Assembly (NCBI GenBank): GCA_964492775.1
Contig: CAZBLH010000004.1
Location: forward strand, 9,593-73,592
Origin: an uncultured Eubacteriales bacterium
GTDB taxonomy: Bacteria; Actinomycetota; Coriobacteriia; Anaerosomatales; PHET01
Direction of reading: 5' to 3'
Length of the DNA: 64,000 nucleotides
Shown here piece after piece: positions 48,460-58,480 of this stretch (positions within the stretch are counted from its first letter, which is position 1; each line of letters starts with the position of its first letter). A program made the translations under genes and the position numbers. The notes below the pieces were generated by a model, which made no database searches, was not told the DNA's origin, and saw nothing but the letters and a program-made list of their open reading frames with translations.

Positions 48460-49605
48460 TTACTTAGTCGATCCATCGAGCGTGCTCACCGGTCGCCAGG
48501 CTACCACGCAGACGTCTCCTACAATCCCTGTCTCGACCGGCGCAAGCCGGTGCTCGAGCGCGTCGCCGCCTTGCGCACTTACGGCTCCAGCGTACATCGG
48601 CGTCGCACTCGTCCCGCCCATGCCGCCGGCGGTAACCGTGACAAGCTGGTCGATCGTCCCGGCCTCCCACAACGCGTCCATGAGCCGGAAACCCGCCTCT
48701 ACAAGCGCGTCGTTCACACCCCGTGCGCCAAGCGACTCCAGCGCGCCGACGATTCCGCGGGCGGCGTCGTAGCGCTCCACGAGCACCTGCGGCCCTACGG
48801 CCGCGGCCGCCTGCTCTGCGGTCGCAGGTGCGTCGTCGGCGAGAAGCAGCAGCGTCGGCGCGAGCCCATCGGTGAACACGGCCGAGTGCGCCGGCGGCAC
48901 GCTGTGGCGCGCGAGCACCACGCGCAGCGGTTGCCGCTGCGCGTGGACGCCGTCGTCGTCGCGCACGGTAAGCCCGGGGTCGTCGATCGCCACGGTGTGC
49001 GCGCCGACGACGACGGCGTCTGCGCGGGAGCGTAGCTCCCGCGTGACGCGCGCGCCGGCGGTTCCGGTGATGTTGCTGCGCGCGTCCGGCGCGAGAGCGA
49101 CACGGGCGTCCAGCGAGATACCCGACTTCACGGTAACGAACGGACGGCTGTGTCGCACACGCTGCTGCCAGCCCTCGACGAGCGTCGCAAAGGGCGCAGT
49201 CTGCTCGGCGAAGGTGACCTCGATTCCCGCAGCGCGAAGCTGTTCGGCTCCGCCGCCCGCATCGGCACTAGGATCTGAGAGTCCGATGTGGACACGCTCG
49301 ACGCCTGCGGAGACAAGCGCCTCCGTGCACGGGGGTGTCCGACCGTGATGGCGACACGGCTCGAGCGTCACGTAGACGTCAGCGCCGCGGGCAGCCTCTC
49401 CGGCCGCGGCCAGGGCGAACACCTCGGCGTGAGGCTCGCCCGCGCGCGGGTGGAAGCCCTCGCCGACCACAAGCCCGTCACGCACCACGACGCAACCGAC
49501 TGGAGGGTTGGGAGCCGTAGCGGCGCCAGCACGCTCTGCCAGTTCGACAGCACGGCGGAAATACGGGTCTGCGACCCGTGAAGCTACGCTCGCAAGCGCT
49601 TGCAC
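48460..49605 (-). CDS. ribD: bifunctional riboflavin biosynthesis deaminase/reductase
   Basis: The HAE...PCxxxGxTPPC deaminase zinc motif (HAEVFAL, TLEPCRHHGRTPPC) plus a C-terminal reductase domain; GTG start. Confidence 0.92.
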   Translation of the reverse strand: MQALASVASRVADPYFRRAVELAERAGAATAPNPPVGCVVVRDGLVVGEGFHPRAGEPHAEVFALAAAGEAARGADVYVTLEPCRHHGRTPPCTEALVSAGVERVHIGLSDPSADAGGGAEQLRAAGIEVTFAEQTAPFATLVEGWQQRVRHSRPFVTVKSGISLDARVALAPDARSNITGTAGARVTRELRSRADAVVVGAHTVAIDDPGLTVRDDDGVHAQRQPLRVVLARHSVPPAHSAVFTDGLAPTLLLLADDAPATAEQAAAAVGPQVLVERYDAARGIVGALESLGARGVNDALVEAGFRLMDALWEAGTIDQLVTVTAGGMGGTSATPMYAGAVSAQGGDALEHRLAPVETGIVGDVCVVAWRPVSTLDGSTK

Positions 49606-49611
49606 GAAGAA

Positions 49612-49735
49612 GCCCTTCCTTCTCCCGTCCGGACTCTGACCGTCGGCTCCGGAATCACACTGGATCGGCCCCTCGCGGGGTTCGCGGGCTGTAACCGCCG
49701 GTGGGGAGTTTCACCCCGCCCTGAAGAAAGCTTCC
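49612..49735 (-). promoter_or_regulatory. FMN (RFN) riboswitch
   Basis: Minus-strand UCUUCAGGGCGGGGUGAAACUCCCCACCGGCGGUUACAGCCCGCGA...GAUCCAGUGUGAUUCCGGAGCCGACGGUCAGAGUCCGGACGGGAGAAGGA. The 3' P1 strand overlaps the GGAG-type RBS of ribD. Confidence 0.88.
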
Positions 49736-49790
49736 AATTATCGTAGCAGGGTGCCAGCGCTCAAGCCAGACTCGGCGCTGCCCTGGGGCT

Positions 49791-50468
49791 CTACCCTATC
49801 GCGGCCTCTGCGGCTGCGCGGATGTCGGCGATTGCCTGCGTGGGGTCGGGCTGGCAGAACACCGCGTTGCCGGCGACGAGGCACCGAGCGCCTACCGCCG
49901 CGACCCGAGCGGCCGTCTCTGGGTTGATGCCACCGTCTACCTGGATGATCGGCGACACGCCCTCGGCGTCGCACAGCTCGGCAAGCTCGGCGATGCGCTC
50001 GACTGAGCGCTCGATGAAGCTCTGGCCGCCAAAGCCGGGGTTTACGCTCATCACGAGCACCATGTCGACCTCGCCCAAGACGTCGCGAATCGCCATCACG
50101 GGTGTGCCGGGGTTCAGGGTGACCGCGGGCGAGGCGCCACTCTCGCGGACACGGCGCAGTGTGCGGTGGATGTGGGGGGCGGCCTCGATGTGTACGCTCA
50201 CCGAGTCGGCCCCGGCATCGAGGTACCAGTCGATGGTTGAGTCAGCGTTGTCGATCATGACGTGCACGTCCAGCGGCTTGGTCGCGACCCGCTTGAGTGC
50301 CCGAATCACCGGCGGACCGATGGTGAGGTTGGGCACGAAGTGGCCGTCCATGACGTCCACGTGGATGTAGTCGGCCCCTCCCGCCTCGGCGATCTCGACC
50401 GCTTCGGCAAGCCTCGTGAAGTCCGCCGAGAGGATCGACGGCGCGATGAGTATCCGGTCCTCAGCCAC
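49791..50468 (-). CDS. rpe: ribulose-phosphate 3-epimerase
   Basis: IAPSILSADF, HVDVMDGHFVPN, MSVNPGFGGQ. Confidence 0.95.
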   Translation of the reverse strand: MAEDRILIAPSILSADFTRLAEAVEIAEAGGADYIHVDVMDGHFVPNLTIGPPVIRALKRVATKPLDVHVMIDNADSTIDWYLDAGADSVSVHIEAAPHIHRTLRRVRESGASPAVTLNPGTPVMAIRDVLGEVDMVLVMSVNPGFGGQSFIERSVERIAELAELCDAEGVSPIIQVDGGINPETAARVAAVGARCLVAGNAVFCQPDPTQAIADIRAAAEAAIG

Positions 50469-50491
50469 CTGCGTACCCCCGATTCCGTCGT

Positions 50492-51508
50492 CTACTCTGC
50501 AACCAGTCCCATGCCGTGCAGCTCATCGCGGGCCTCTCGGCCCATAAGCAACGCGCCCGCATCGTGCACGCTGGCGCCTTCATAGAGGATCGAGCGCACC
50601 TGGTTCGTGATTGGCAGCTCGATGCCCTCACGCTCGCCGAGCTCGCTCACGGTCACGCAGCTCACGGCGCCTTCGGCGACCATGTGCGTCTTGGCGTAGA
50701 AGTCGTCCATCGTGCCGCCTTGGGCAACGAGCTCGCCGAGCGCGCGGTTGCGCGAGTGGCGCGAAGTGCAGGTGGCGATCAGGTCTCCCATGCCGGCAAG
50801 CCCCATGTACGTGAGGGTGTTCGCGCCGCGGGCTAGTCCCAGGCGGCTCATCTCGGCAAGGCCACGCGTCATCAGCGTGGCCTTCGTGTTGTCTCCGTAG
50901 CCGAGCCCGTCGGACATGCCCGCGGCCACCGCGATGACGTTCTTGGATGCGCCGGCGAGCTCGACGCCGGTGACATCGGTGTTGGTGTAGACGCGGAAGA
51001 ACGGCGTCATGAACGCGTCCTGGAACAGGCGACCGACCGCCTCATCGTGGGCGGCCACCACCGTCGCCGAAGGAATCCCCCGGCTGACCTCCTCCGCATG
51101 GTTGGGGCCCGACAGCCCGGCAATGCGCTCACGCCCGCCGATGACGTCCTCGAGGACCTCGGTCATGAGCATCAGCGTGCCGGCCTCGACACCCTTGCTC
51201 AGCACAACGACGGGCGTAGTCGAGCCTAGGAATGGCTTCATGGCCTCGGCCGTCGCGCGCACCCCCACGCTCGGCGTGACTATCACAACCGCGTCCGAAC
51301 CCGCCAGCGCCTGCTCGATGTCGGGCGTCGCCAAGACCTGCTCGGCAAGCTCGACCTCGGGAAGGTAGAGAGGGTTGCGGTGCTCCGCGTTGATGCCCTC
51401 GGCAATCTCGGCCTCACGCGACCACAGCCGCACATCGAGACCCTTGCCGCCGAGAAGCCAACAGACAGCCGTCCCCCACGATCCTGCGCCGATCACCGAA
51501 ATCTGCAC
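50492..51508 (-). CDS. gpsA: NAD(P)H-dependent glycerol-3-phosphate dehydrogenase
   Basis: ISVIGAGSWGTA Rossmann motif, GASKNVIAVAAG, RNRALGE. Confidence 0.95.
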   Translation of the reverse strand: MQISVIGAGSWGTAVCWLLGGKGLDVRLWSREAEIAEGINAEHRNPLYLPEVELAEQVLATPDIEQALAGSDAVVIVTPSVGVRATAEAMKPFLGSTTPVVVLSKGVEAGTLMLMTEVLEDVIGGRERIAGLSGPNHAEEVSRGIPSATVVAAHDEAVGRLFQDAFMTPFFRVYTNTDVTGVELAGASKNVIAVAAGMSDGLGYGDNTKATLMTRGLAEMSRLGLARGANTLTYMGLAGMGDLIATCTSRHSRNRALGELVAQGGTMDDFYAKTHMVAEGAVSCVTVSELGEREGIELPITNQVRSILYEGASVHDAGALLMGREARDELHGMGLVAE

Positions 51509-51514
51509 GGTAAC

Positions 51515-52189
51515 TCACCCTTCCTTGGACGGAGCAGCGTCACGGGTTCGCTTGCGTTCGATTCTAGCTTCCTGACCCCGGGCAATGCGACCGATGTTGG
51601 ACCGGTGGCGCCAGATCACGAGTCCCGCGAGCACGACCGCTGTCACCTTGAGGGGCAAGGAGCCCGGGTACAGCCAGAACACGAGCGGTGGGTAGGCAAT
51701 CGCGCACATGACCGAGGCGAGCGAGACCATCCGTGAAGCCGCGACGACTCCAACGAAGATCGCGAGTTCGATCAGAACGGCAGCCGGCGTCAGGACGGAA
51801 AGCATGCCGGCCGAGGTCGCCACGCCTTTGCCACCCCTGAACCGTATGTAGGGCGAGTACGAATGGCCGAGTACCGCTGCCGAGCCGGCGGCCACCGCCG
51901 TCCAGTCGGAGACCGCTTGGCCGCAGACCTCCGCAGGCACAACGAACCGCGCAATCGCAGCCGCAAGCGCGCCCTTGCCGGCGTCGAGAACGAGTGTGAC
52001 CACAGCCGCCTTCCACCCGAGCAGCCTCAAGACGTTCGTCGTACCCAAGTTGCCGGAGCCATGCTCACGCGGGTCGATGTCGAACCAGCGCTTCCCGATG
52101 ATCAGCGCCCAGGGAATCCCGCCGAGCACGTATCCGAGCGTGACGACCGCGGCAACGAGCAACCACAGCGGCATGCTGGTATCTGTCAC
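51515..52189 (-). CDS. plsY: acyl-phosphate:glycerol-3-phosphate acyltransferase PlsY
   Basis: Polytopic membrane protein with GSGNLGTTN and FRGGKGVAT motifs. Confidence 0.93.
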   Translation of the reverse strand: MTDTSMPLWLLVAAVVTLGYVLGGIPWALIIGKRWFDIDPREHGSGNLGTTNVLRLLGWKAAVVTLVLDAGKGALAAAIARFVVPAEVCGQAVSDWTAVAAGSAAVLGHSYSPYIRFRGGKGVATSAGMLSVLTPAAVLIELAIFVGVVAASRMVSLASVMCAIAYPPLVFWLYPGSLPLKVTAVVLAGLVIWRHRSNIGRIARGQEARIERKRTRDAAPSKEG

Positions 52190-52197
52190 GGGACTCC

Positions 52198-53505
52198 TCA
52201 GTCCTTCTTCCGGAACTTGAGCTGGACCGGCGTCCCCACGAGGTCGAACTTCTCGCGCAGCCGGTTCTCGATGTAGCGGCGGAAGTTGTCGTCCACAAGT
52301 GTGGGATGGTTCGCGAAGAACGTGAATCCGGGCGGCTTGGTGCGGGTCTGGGTCACGTAATGCATCCGCAGCGTCGCCGACCCCTTGGAGACGGTATGGC
52401 CGAACTCGCGCAGCTCGGAAAGGAACTTGTTGAGCTGGCTCGTGGGGATCTCGCGCGTGTAGTTGCCGTAGACTTTGTCTATCGCATCCCAGATCCGGTG
52501 GGTGTTCTTCCCGGTGAGTGCGCTGATCCGAATCACCGGTGCGTAGCCGACGTAGCCGAGGCGGTCGGAGATACGCTCGACCAGATCTTCCTTCTCCTCG
52601 TCGGTTTCAAGCGCGTCCCACTTGTTGAGCAGCACGATGAGCGCGCACCCGCGCTCCTGTGCGAACCGGGCGACGCGCTGGTCCTGGTCGGTCAGCCCGA
52701 TCTGTGAGTCGATCACGAGCAGCGAGACATCGGCTCGGTCGATTGCCCGCATCGCACGGACGAACCCGTAGTACTCGACGTCCTCGTCAATGAGCGCCTT
52801 TCGGCGGATACCGGCGGTGTCCACAAGCCGGTAACGCGTGCCCTCCCGCTCGATGACGGTGTCAATGGCGTCGCGGGTCGTACCTGCGACATCCGAGACG
52901 ATCGAACGCTCGCGCCCAGCAAGCTTGTTCAGAAGCGATGACTTGCCGGCGTTCGGCCTGCCGATGATCGCGACGTCAATCGCGTCTTCCTCCGTGTGTG
53001 GCTCAAGCTCGGGCAGGGCCGCGACGATCTCGTCCAGCAGGTCGCCGGTCCCGTGACCGTGAGTTGCCGAGACGGGCCACGGCGTGCCGAGACCAAGCCC
53101 CCAGAACTCGTGGATCTCAGTCTCGGAACCGGGCGTGTCGACCTTGTTCACCGCGAGGAACACCGGCTTCTTCTGCCGCTTGAGGATGCGGGCGACCTCT
53201 TCGTCATCGGCGACGGCACCGCTCTTGCCGTCCACCAGGAAGACGATCACGTCCGCCTCCTCGGCGGCCATGAGCGCCTGCGAGCGGATAGAGGACTGGA
53301 ACTGGTCGATGTTGCCGGACTCGATGCCACCGGTATCTATCAGCATGAAGTCCACACCGTTCCAGTCGGCCCGGTGGTAGCTGCGATCGCGCGTGACGCC
53401 GCGCGCCTCGTGAACGATAGCGTCGGTGACCTGGGTTATGCGGTTCACGAACGTGGACTTGCCCACATTCGGGCGACCCACGACCGCGACGATGGGAAGC
53501 GCCAT
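52198..53505 (-). CDS. der: ribosome-biogenesis GTPase Der (EngA)
   Basis: Two G domains (GRPNVGKSTF and GRPNAGKSSL) and a C-terminal KH-like domain; internal ATG of ORF 52198..53634. Confidence 0.95.
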   Translation of the reverse strand: MALPIVAVVGRPNVGKSTFVNRITQVTDAIVHEARGVTRDRSYHRADWNGVDFMLIDTGGIESGNIDQFQSSIRSQALMAAEEADVIVFLVDGKSGAVADDEEVARILKRQKKPVFLAVNKVDTPGSETEIHEFWGLGLGTPWPVSATHGHGTGDLLDEIVAALPELEPHTEEDAIDVAIIGRPNAGKSSLLNKLAGRERSIVSDVAGTTRDAIDTVIEREGTRYRLVDTAGIRRKALIDEDVEYYGFVRAMRAIDRADVSLLVIDSQIGLTDQDQRVARFAQERGCALIVLLNKWDALETDEEKEDLVERISDRLGYVGYAPVIRISALTGKNTHRIWDAIDKVYGNYTREIPTSQLNKFLSELREFGHTVSKGSATLRMHYVTQTRTKPPGFTFFANHPTLVDDNFRRYIENRLREKFDLVGTPVQLKFRKKD

Positions 53506-53533
53506 CAAAGCCTCGTCTCTTGATACGGCGAGA

Positions 53534-54919
53534 TCAGCCGAGTTCTTGTGCCGCGTTCCTGATGCCGTCGAGCAGGCCCGCGGCGTCCGAGGATACCAGA
53601 CGCACGTCAGCGCCGCTCCGCTCCCGGATATCACCGAGAGTCAGATCGTCGAGCGTGATCCCATCGGCGTTCATGACGACATCAGGTATCAGGTAGATTC
53701 TTCCCGAATCATCCTCGGCAGCGCCCAGCCGCTCGAGATCGGCGGTGATCGCGCTTGAGAGGTCCTCCCCCGTCAGCAATCCCGCGACGCTCACATTGCC
53801 GCCGAAGAACCGGTTCGGCACCACGAGCAGCCGCATCCGGCCCACCGCCGCACAGGCTTCGAGCGCACCCGCGATAGACGTCGCAGCCATCACGCCTGTG
53901 ACGACCGTCACAGACTCGGCCTCGGCTGGCAGCTCGGCTATCGCCGATGCGATCTCCTCACGGGCAGCGGTCGCCTCGTCCACGAAGGTGCGCACGATGC
54001 CGATGCCATTCTCGTACTGAGGGAAGCCGTCGTAGTGCTCGGCGGTTGGGAACCGCTCCCGCGCGTTGAGGTAGAACTCGTCGGCGAGATGCACCCAGGT
54101 GATGCCGTCGCGCTCCCGCATGGCAAACTGCCACGGCCGCACCTGCTCGATGATGGCCAGCGCCGCCTCGGAATCGGTATACCCCGCCGAGAAGGTCGTC
54201 TGGTGCCGCGTATAGCCGAGCGGCACCACACCAACGCTGGCGACTCCCTCGCGCTCGGCGAGCCATGTGAGCGTGCTCTGTAGCTCGGGGCCGTCGTTGA
54301 CCCCCGGCACGAGCACGATCTGCACGTGGATCTCGATACCCTCGGAAAGCAACTCGTCGAAACGATTCGTCGCTCTGTCCTCCCGAGCGCACACGAGGCG
54401 ACTGCGAACCTCGGGGTCAACGGCGTGCAGGGACACATACAGCGGCGAGAGGTGCTGCTCGACGATCCGGTCGACGTCGGCATCAGTCAGGTTCGTGAGC
54501 GTGATGAAGTTGCCCTGCAGGAACGAGAGCCGGTAATCGTCGTCTCGCAGGTACAGCGAGCGACGCATACCTCGAGGCAACTGCGTCATGAAGCAGAAGG
54601 CGCAGTCGTTGCGACACGTGCGCACCGAGTCGAAGATCGCGTCGGCGAACTCGAACCCCCAGACCTCGCCAGCATCCCGCTCAAGAACAACGGGACGAAC
54701 CGTCCCAGACTCATTCGCGACCTCGATCTGCACGCGCGGGCCGTCGGCGATCCATCGCCATTCGAGGACATCGCGCAGCGTCATGCCCTCCGCCGAGACC
54801 ACCATGTCTCCGGGACGGAGGCCGGCGCGCTCAGCGGGTGAAAACGGGTCAACGGAGGCAATGAGCCCGCCCTTCTCGGCAGCGGGCTTCGTGCGCGATG
54901 GGGCATAGTCCGCACGCAT
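53534..54919 (-). CDS. PDZ-domain radical-SAM-like protein (DUF512 family)
   Basis: N-terminal PDZ (GLRPGDMVVS), a CRNDCAFCF CxxxCxxC cluster, a C-terminal DUF512-like region; conserved position upstream of der. Start set at ATG 54919 to avoid overlapping ispH. Confidence 0.8.
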   Translation of the reverse strand: MRADYAPSRTKPAAEKGGLIASVDPFSPAERAGLRPGDMVVSAEGMTLRDVLEWRWIADGPRVQIEVANESGTVRPVVLERDAGEVWGFEFADAIFDSVRTCRNDCAFCFMTQLPRGMRRSLYLRDDDYRLSFLQGNFITLTNLTDADVDRIVEQHLSPLYVSLHAVDPEVRSRLVCAREDRATNRFDELLSEGIEIHVQIVLVPGVNDGPELQSTLTWLAEREGVASVGVVPLGYTRHQTTFSAGYTDSEAALAIIEQVRPWQFAMRERDGITWVHLADEFYLNARERFPTAEHYDGFPQYENGIGIVRTFVDEATAAREEIASAIAELPAEAESVTVVTGVMAATSIAGALEACAAVGRMRLLVVPNRFFGGNVSVAGLLTGEDLSSAITADLERLGAAEDDSGRIYLIPDVVMNADGITLDDLTLGDIRERSGADVRLVSSDAAGLLDGIRNAAQELG

Positions 54920-54926
54920 GGTGCCG

Positions 54927-55778
54927 TCACTCCATCGCTTCGATCGCGGCCACGACACCGCGGATCTGGTTGTCGGGCGTGGAGGCTCCCGCGGTCACGC
55001 CCACGGACTGGGCGCCGGCGAACCAGGCGGTATCCAGCTCGTCAGCGGTTTCGACGTGATACACACGGTCGTTGACCGCCCGCGAGATCTCGACGAGGCG
55101 CGCCGTGTTGCCCGAGTTGCGGCCGCCGACCACGACGATCACGTCTACCGAGCGCGCGAGCTCATCGGCCGACTGCTGACGCTTCTCGGTGGCTGCGCAG
55201 ATCGTGTTCATGACGCGCAGGTCGCTCACGCGTGGGAGGAGCGCGTCAACGACCTCGGTAAGGCGCTTGGACGACTGAGTGGTCTGCACGACGATGCCAA
55301 CGCGTCGCGAGGGCAAACGTGCCGGCAGCTCATCGGCGGACTGCACGACGAGCGCATCGCCCCCCGCGTGAGCGAGGATACCCTCAACCTCGGGGTGATC
55401 CGCCTCCCCCACGACGACGATCGAGTATCCCTGAGCACGCAGGGAGCTGGCCGCCTCGTGGGCCTTGGAGACGTGTGGGCAGGTGGCGTCGATGACCTCG
55501 AGGCCCTTGTCGCGCGCGGCCGCGATGACATCGGGCGCCACGCCGTGGCTTCGGATGACCAACGACCCCTCCGAGACGTCATCGAGCGTGTTTGCAACTT
55601 CAACTCCGCGCTCGCGGAGCTCGTTCACCGCCTGGGGGTTGTGGATGAGCGGGCCGAGCGTGTGCACGCAACCACCTTGCTCGGCGGCGTGTTCCGCTAG
55701 CTTGAGCGCCCGTTCGACGCCGTAACAGACTCCCGCGTGTCTCGCGACCTCGACTCGCACGCTCCAGTCCTTCCTCAC
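54927..55778 (-). CDS. ispH: 4-hydroxy-3-methylbut-2-enyl diphosphate reductase
   Basis: GVCYGVERAL, ATCPHVSKAH, NTICAATEKRQ (three Fe-S Cys regions). Confidence 0.93.
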   Translation of the reverse strand: MRKDWSVRVEVARHAGVCYGVERALKLAEHAAEQGGCVHTLGPLIHNPQAVNELRERGVEVANTLDDVSEGSLVIRSHGVAPDVIAAARDKGLEVIDATCPHVSKAHEAASSLRAQGYSIVVVGEADHPEVEGILAHAGGDALVVQSADELPARLPSRRVGIVVQTTQSSKRLTEVVDALLPRVSDLRVMNTICAATEKRQQSADELARSVDVIVVVGGRNSGNTARLVEISRAVNDRVYHVETADELDTAWFAGAQSVGVTAGASTPDNQIRGVVAAIEAME

Positions 55779-56449
55779 GCGCTGGCTACTCGACGCTCGT
55801 CCTCGATGCGCCTCATGATCTCGGCTGTCATCGCCGCAATGCGCTCCTTGCGCGATCCGTCGAACGAGCCAGGGTGAACCGGCTCACCGACACTCATGGT
55901 AACGCGAGCGAACCTCGGCAGCTTCTTGCCCGCAGGCCACGCCTTGTCCGTACCCGCGATTCCCACGGGAATTACCGGAACGTCGGCCCTGAGTGCAAGG
56001 AAGGCAGCGCCACCTTGTGCCTCGCCGAGTTCTCCACCTGCATCGCGCACTCGTCTGCCCTCAGGAAACACGCCGACCAGCTCTGCCGCCTGGAGCAGTT
56101 TAGTCGCCGTCGAGATCGCCTCGCGGTCGGCACCGCCTCTATCGACCGGGAAAGCCCAGAAGTTGTCGAGAGCCCAGCCGAGCCACCGTATCTGCCACAG
56201 CTCCTTCTTCGCCATGAAGTGAGTCGGCCGAGGTGACGCGCACCACAGCAGCGCGGGATCCAGATAGCTCACGTGATTCCCCGCAAGAACCGCCCCCCCG
56301 GTTGCCGGGATCCGTTCGACGCTCAACAGCCGGACCCTGAACAGCGCGAGCAGGAGGCGCCCGACCACAAGCCGTACGAATCGCGCCAGGGCCCATCCCG
56401 GCGAGGCGGGACCCTCCGCGGGGAAACCGCGTTTCTCGGCAGCTTTCAC
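55775..56449 (-). CDS. plsC: 1-acyl-sn-glycerol-3-phosphate acyltransferase
   Basis: NHVSYLDP (HxxxxD) and FPEGRR motifs. Confidence 0.9.
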   Translation of the reverse strand: MKAAEKRGFPAEGPASPGWALARFVRLVVGRLLLALFRVRLLSVERIPATGGAVLAGNHVSYLDPALLWCASPRPTHFMAKKELWQIRWLGWALDNFWAFPVDRGGADREAISTATKLLQAAELVGVFPEGRRVRDAGGELGEAQGGAAFLALRADVPVIPVGIAGTDKAWPAGKKLPRFARVTMSVGEPVHPGSFDGSRKERIAAMTAEIMRRIEDERRVASA

Positions 56450-56451
56450 GA

Positions 56452-57120
56452 TCAGCGAGCCTCCGCGGCGAGCTCAGCGACACGGTCCACGACCTCTTCA
56501 ATGCCCAGCCCGGTCGTGTCGATTTCGACCGCGTCCTTGGCTGGCGTCAGAGGCGACACCGAGCGCGTGGAGTCAGCGTGGTCACGGGCACGGATCGCAT
56601 CGAGTGTCTCAGCGTGAGCGACGTCGTGCCCACCCGCCGAATGCTGCGCGGTCCGACGCTGCGCACGCTCCTCCGGCGACGCGGTAAGGAAGATCTTGAG
56701 CTCCGCCTCAGGAAACACGACGGTGCCGATGTCGCGACCTTCGGCGACGACGTCGTGACCTGCAGCGAACGCGCGCTGCTGCGCCACCATCGCCTCGCGC
56801 ACGCGCGGAAGTCGGGACACCGCCGAGACCGCGGCGTCCGCCTCGGGCGTGCGGATCGCCTCGGTCACGTCCTCATCGCCGAGAAGAACTCGCCGCGGCA
56901 ACGCGTCACCCGGTTCCTGCTCGAACCTGATCCGCTCGTCGAGCGCGATGGCCGCAAGGGCATCCTCGTCATCAGTCGGAATCCCGCCCGAGAGCGCCGC
57001 GATGGCGATCGCTCGGTACATTGCACCGGTGTCGAGATAGCGCATCCCCAGACGTTGGGCGACTGCTTTGGCGACGGTGGATTTTCCCGACCCTGCCGGG
57101 CCGTCGATCGCAATGATCAT
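56452..57120 (-). CDS. cmk: cytidylate kinase
   Basis: MIIAIDGPAGSGKSTVAK..., YLDTGAMYRA; internal ATG of ORF 56452..57390. Confidence 0.95.
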   Translation of the reverse strand: MIIAIDGPAGSGKSTVAKAVAQRLGMRYLDTGAMYRAIAIAALSGGIPTDDEDALAAIALDERIRFEQEPGDALPRRVLLGDEDVTEAIRTPEADAAVSAVSRLPRVREAMVAQQRAFAAGHDVVAEGRDIGTVVFPEAELKIFLTASPEERAQRRTAQHSAGGHDVAHAETLDAIRARDHADSTRSVSPLTPAKDAVEIDTTGLGIEEVVDRVAELAAEAR

Positions 57121-57166
57121 GGGCTGTTTTCTCCCAGAAATGATGGATGGAACAGCGCAGATTGTA

Positions 57167-58480
57167 CTACGCGCCCAGTTCGGCCAGGTCTTCGGCGAAG
57201 CGTGGATAGCTGACCTCGACCGACTCGAACCCTTCGACGGTGACGGGTCCCTCGGCAGCAAGCCCGGCAAGCGCCCAGCACATGGCGAGGCGATGATCGG
57301 CTTGTGCTGAAAGCTTGGCGCCAACGAGCGGCGCCGGGCCGTCAACCTCGAGCCAATCCTCACCACTGCGCACCTGCACGCCGAGCGCACGCAGGCCCAG
57401 CGCGACCGCCTCGAGCCGGTCGGACTCCTTCACTCGCAGCTCGCCCACGCCCTCGAAGCGTGTCGTGCCGTCGGCCTGGGAGGCCACGAGTGCGAGCACC
57501 GGTATCTCATCGACGAGCGAAGGCACCTCGTCCGCGGTGACGGTCGTCGCGCGAAGGCCGGGCGTCCACTCGGCATGCAGGTGGAACGAGGGCTCCGGCG
57601 ATTCGAGGTCGTTCGGCTCCGGCGTGAGGCTCGCGCCCATGCGCATGAGCACGTCCATGAAGCCGAGCCGGGTCGGGTTGAACGAGACGTTCTCGACGCG
57701 CACCGAGCTCGCGGGAACCAGAAGCGCCGCAGCGACGATGAACGCAGCAGAGGACGGATCCCCGGGAACCGAGAAGCTCGTGGCCCGAGGGATGACGGGT
57801 CCGTCGACCCAGACGGTGTTTGTAGCCAAATCGCGGCCGACTTCGACACCGAAGGCCGGCAGCATGCGCTCGGTGTGATCGCGGCTAGGGGCGGGTTCAG
57901 TGACGAGCGTGCGGCCCTTCGCGCGCGTTCCCGCGAGGAGTATCGCCGTTTTGACCTGGGCCGATGCTACCCCGAGAGTGTGTGCGCTCGCGGATAGCGA
58001 ACCAGAGCCGCGCAGAGTGACGGGGAGCGTGCCGGATTCGGTGGTCGCGAAGCGCGCGCCCTTCTCGGCAAGCGGCTCGGTCACGCGCAGCATCGGCCGG
58101 CGCGAGAGCGATGTGTCGCCGATGATCTCCAGCACCAGAGGCCACCCCGCGACAGCGCCAAGGAGGAGACGCGCGGTTGTTCCTGAGTTCCCGCACTCAA
58201 TCGGCGACATTGGGGCCTGCGGCCCTGCCACGCCCCAACCGGTGACCGTGCCCTGGAGCGAGCCTCCGGGACCCGGACGAAAGTCGGTCTTGGCTCCGAG
58301 CGCGCGCACTGCCTCGATGGTGGAGCGCACGTCTGCCGAGTCAAGCACGCCGGTCAGCTGCGAGGTGCCTTTCGCCATCGCCGAGAACAGCACGGCGCGA
58401 TGCGAGATCGATTTGTCACCGGGCACCACGATCGTACCGCGGAGCGGGCCTTCAGGTCGCGAGAATGTACGTTCCATCAC
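57167..58480 (-). CDS. aroA: 3-phosphoshikimate 1-carboxyvinyltransferase
   Basis: VPGDKSISHRAVLF, GNSGTTARLL, KESDRL. Confidence 0.95.
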   Translation of the reverse strand: MMERTFSRPEGPLRGTIVVPGDKSISHRAVLFSAMAKGTSQLTGVLDSADVRSTIEAVRALGAKTDFRPGPGGSLQGTVTGWGVAGPQAPMSPIECGNSGTTARLLLGAVAGWPLVLEIIGDTSLSRRPMLRVTEPLAEKGARFATTESGTLPVTLRGSGSLSASAHTLGVASAQVKTAILLAGTRAKGRTLVTEPAPSRDHTERMLPAFGVEVGRDLATNTVWVDGPVIPRATSFSVPGDPSSAAFIVAAALLVPASSVRVENVSFNPTRLGFMDVLMRMGASLTPEPNDLESPEPSFHLHAEWTPGLRATTVTADEVPSLVDEIPVLALVASQADGTTRFEGVGELRVKESDRLEAVALGLRALGVQVRSGEDWLEVDGPAPLVGAKLSAQADHRLAMCWALAGLAAEGPVTVEGFESVEVSYPRFAEDLAELGA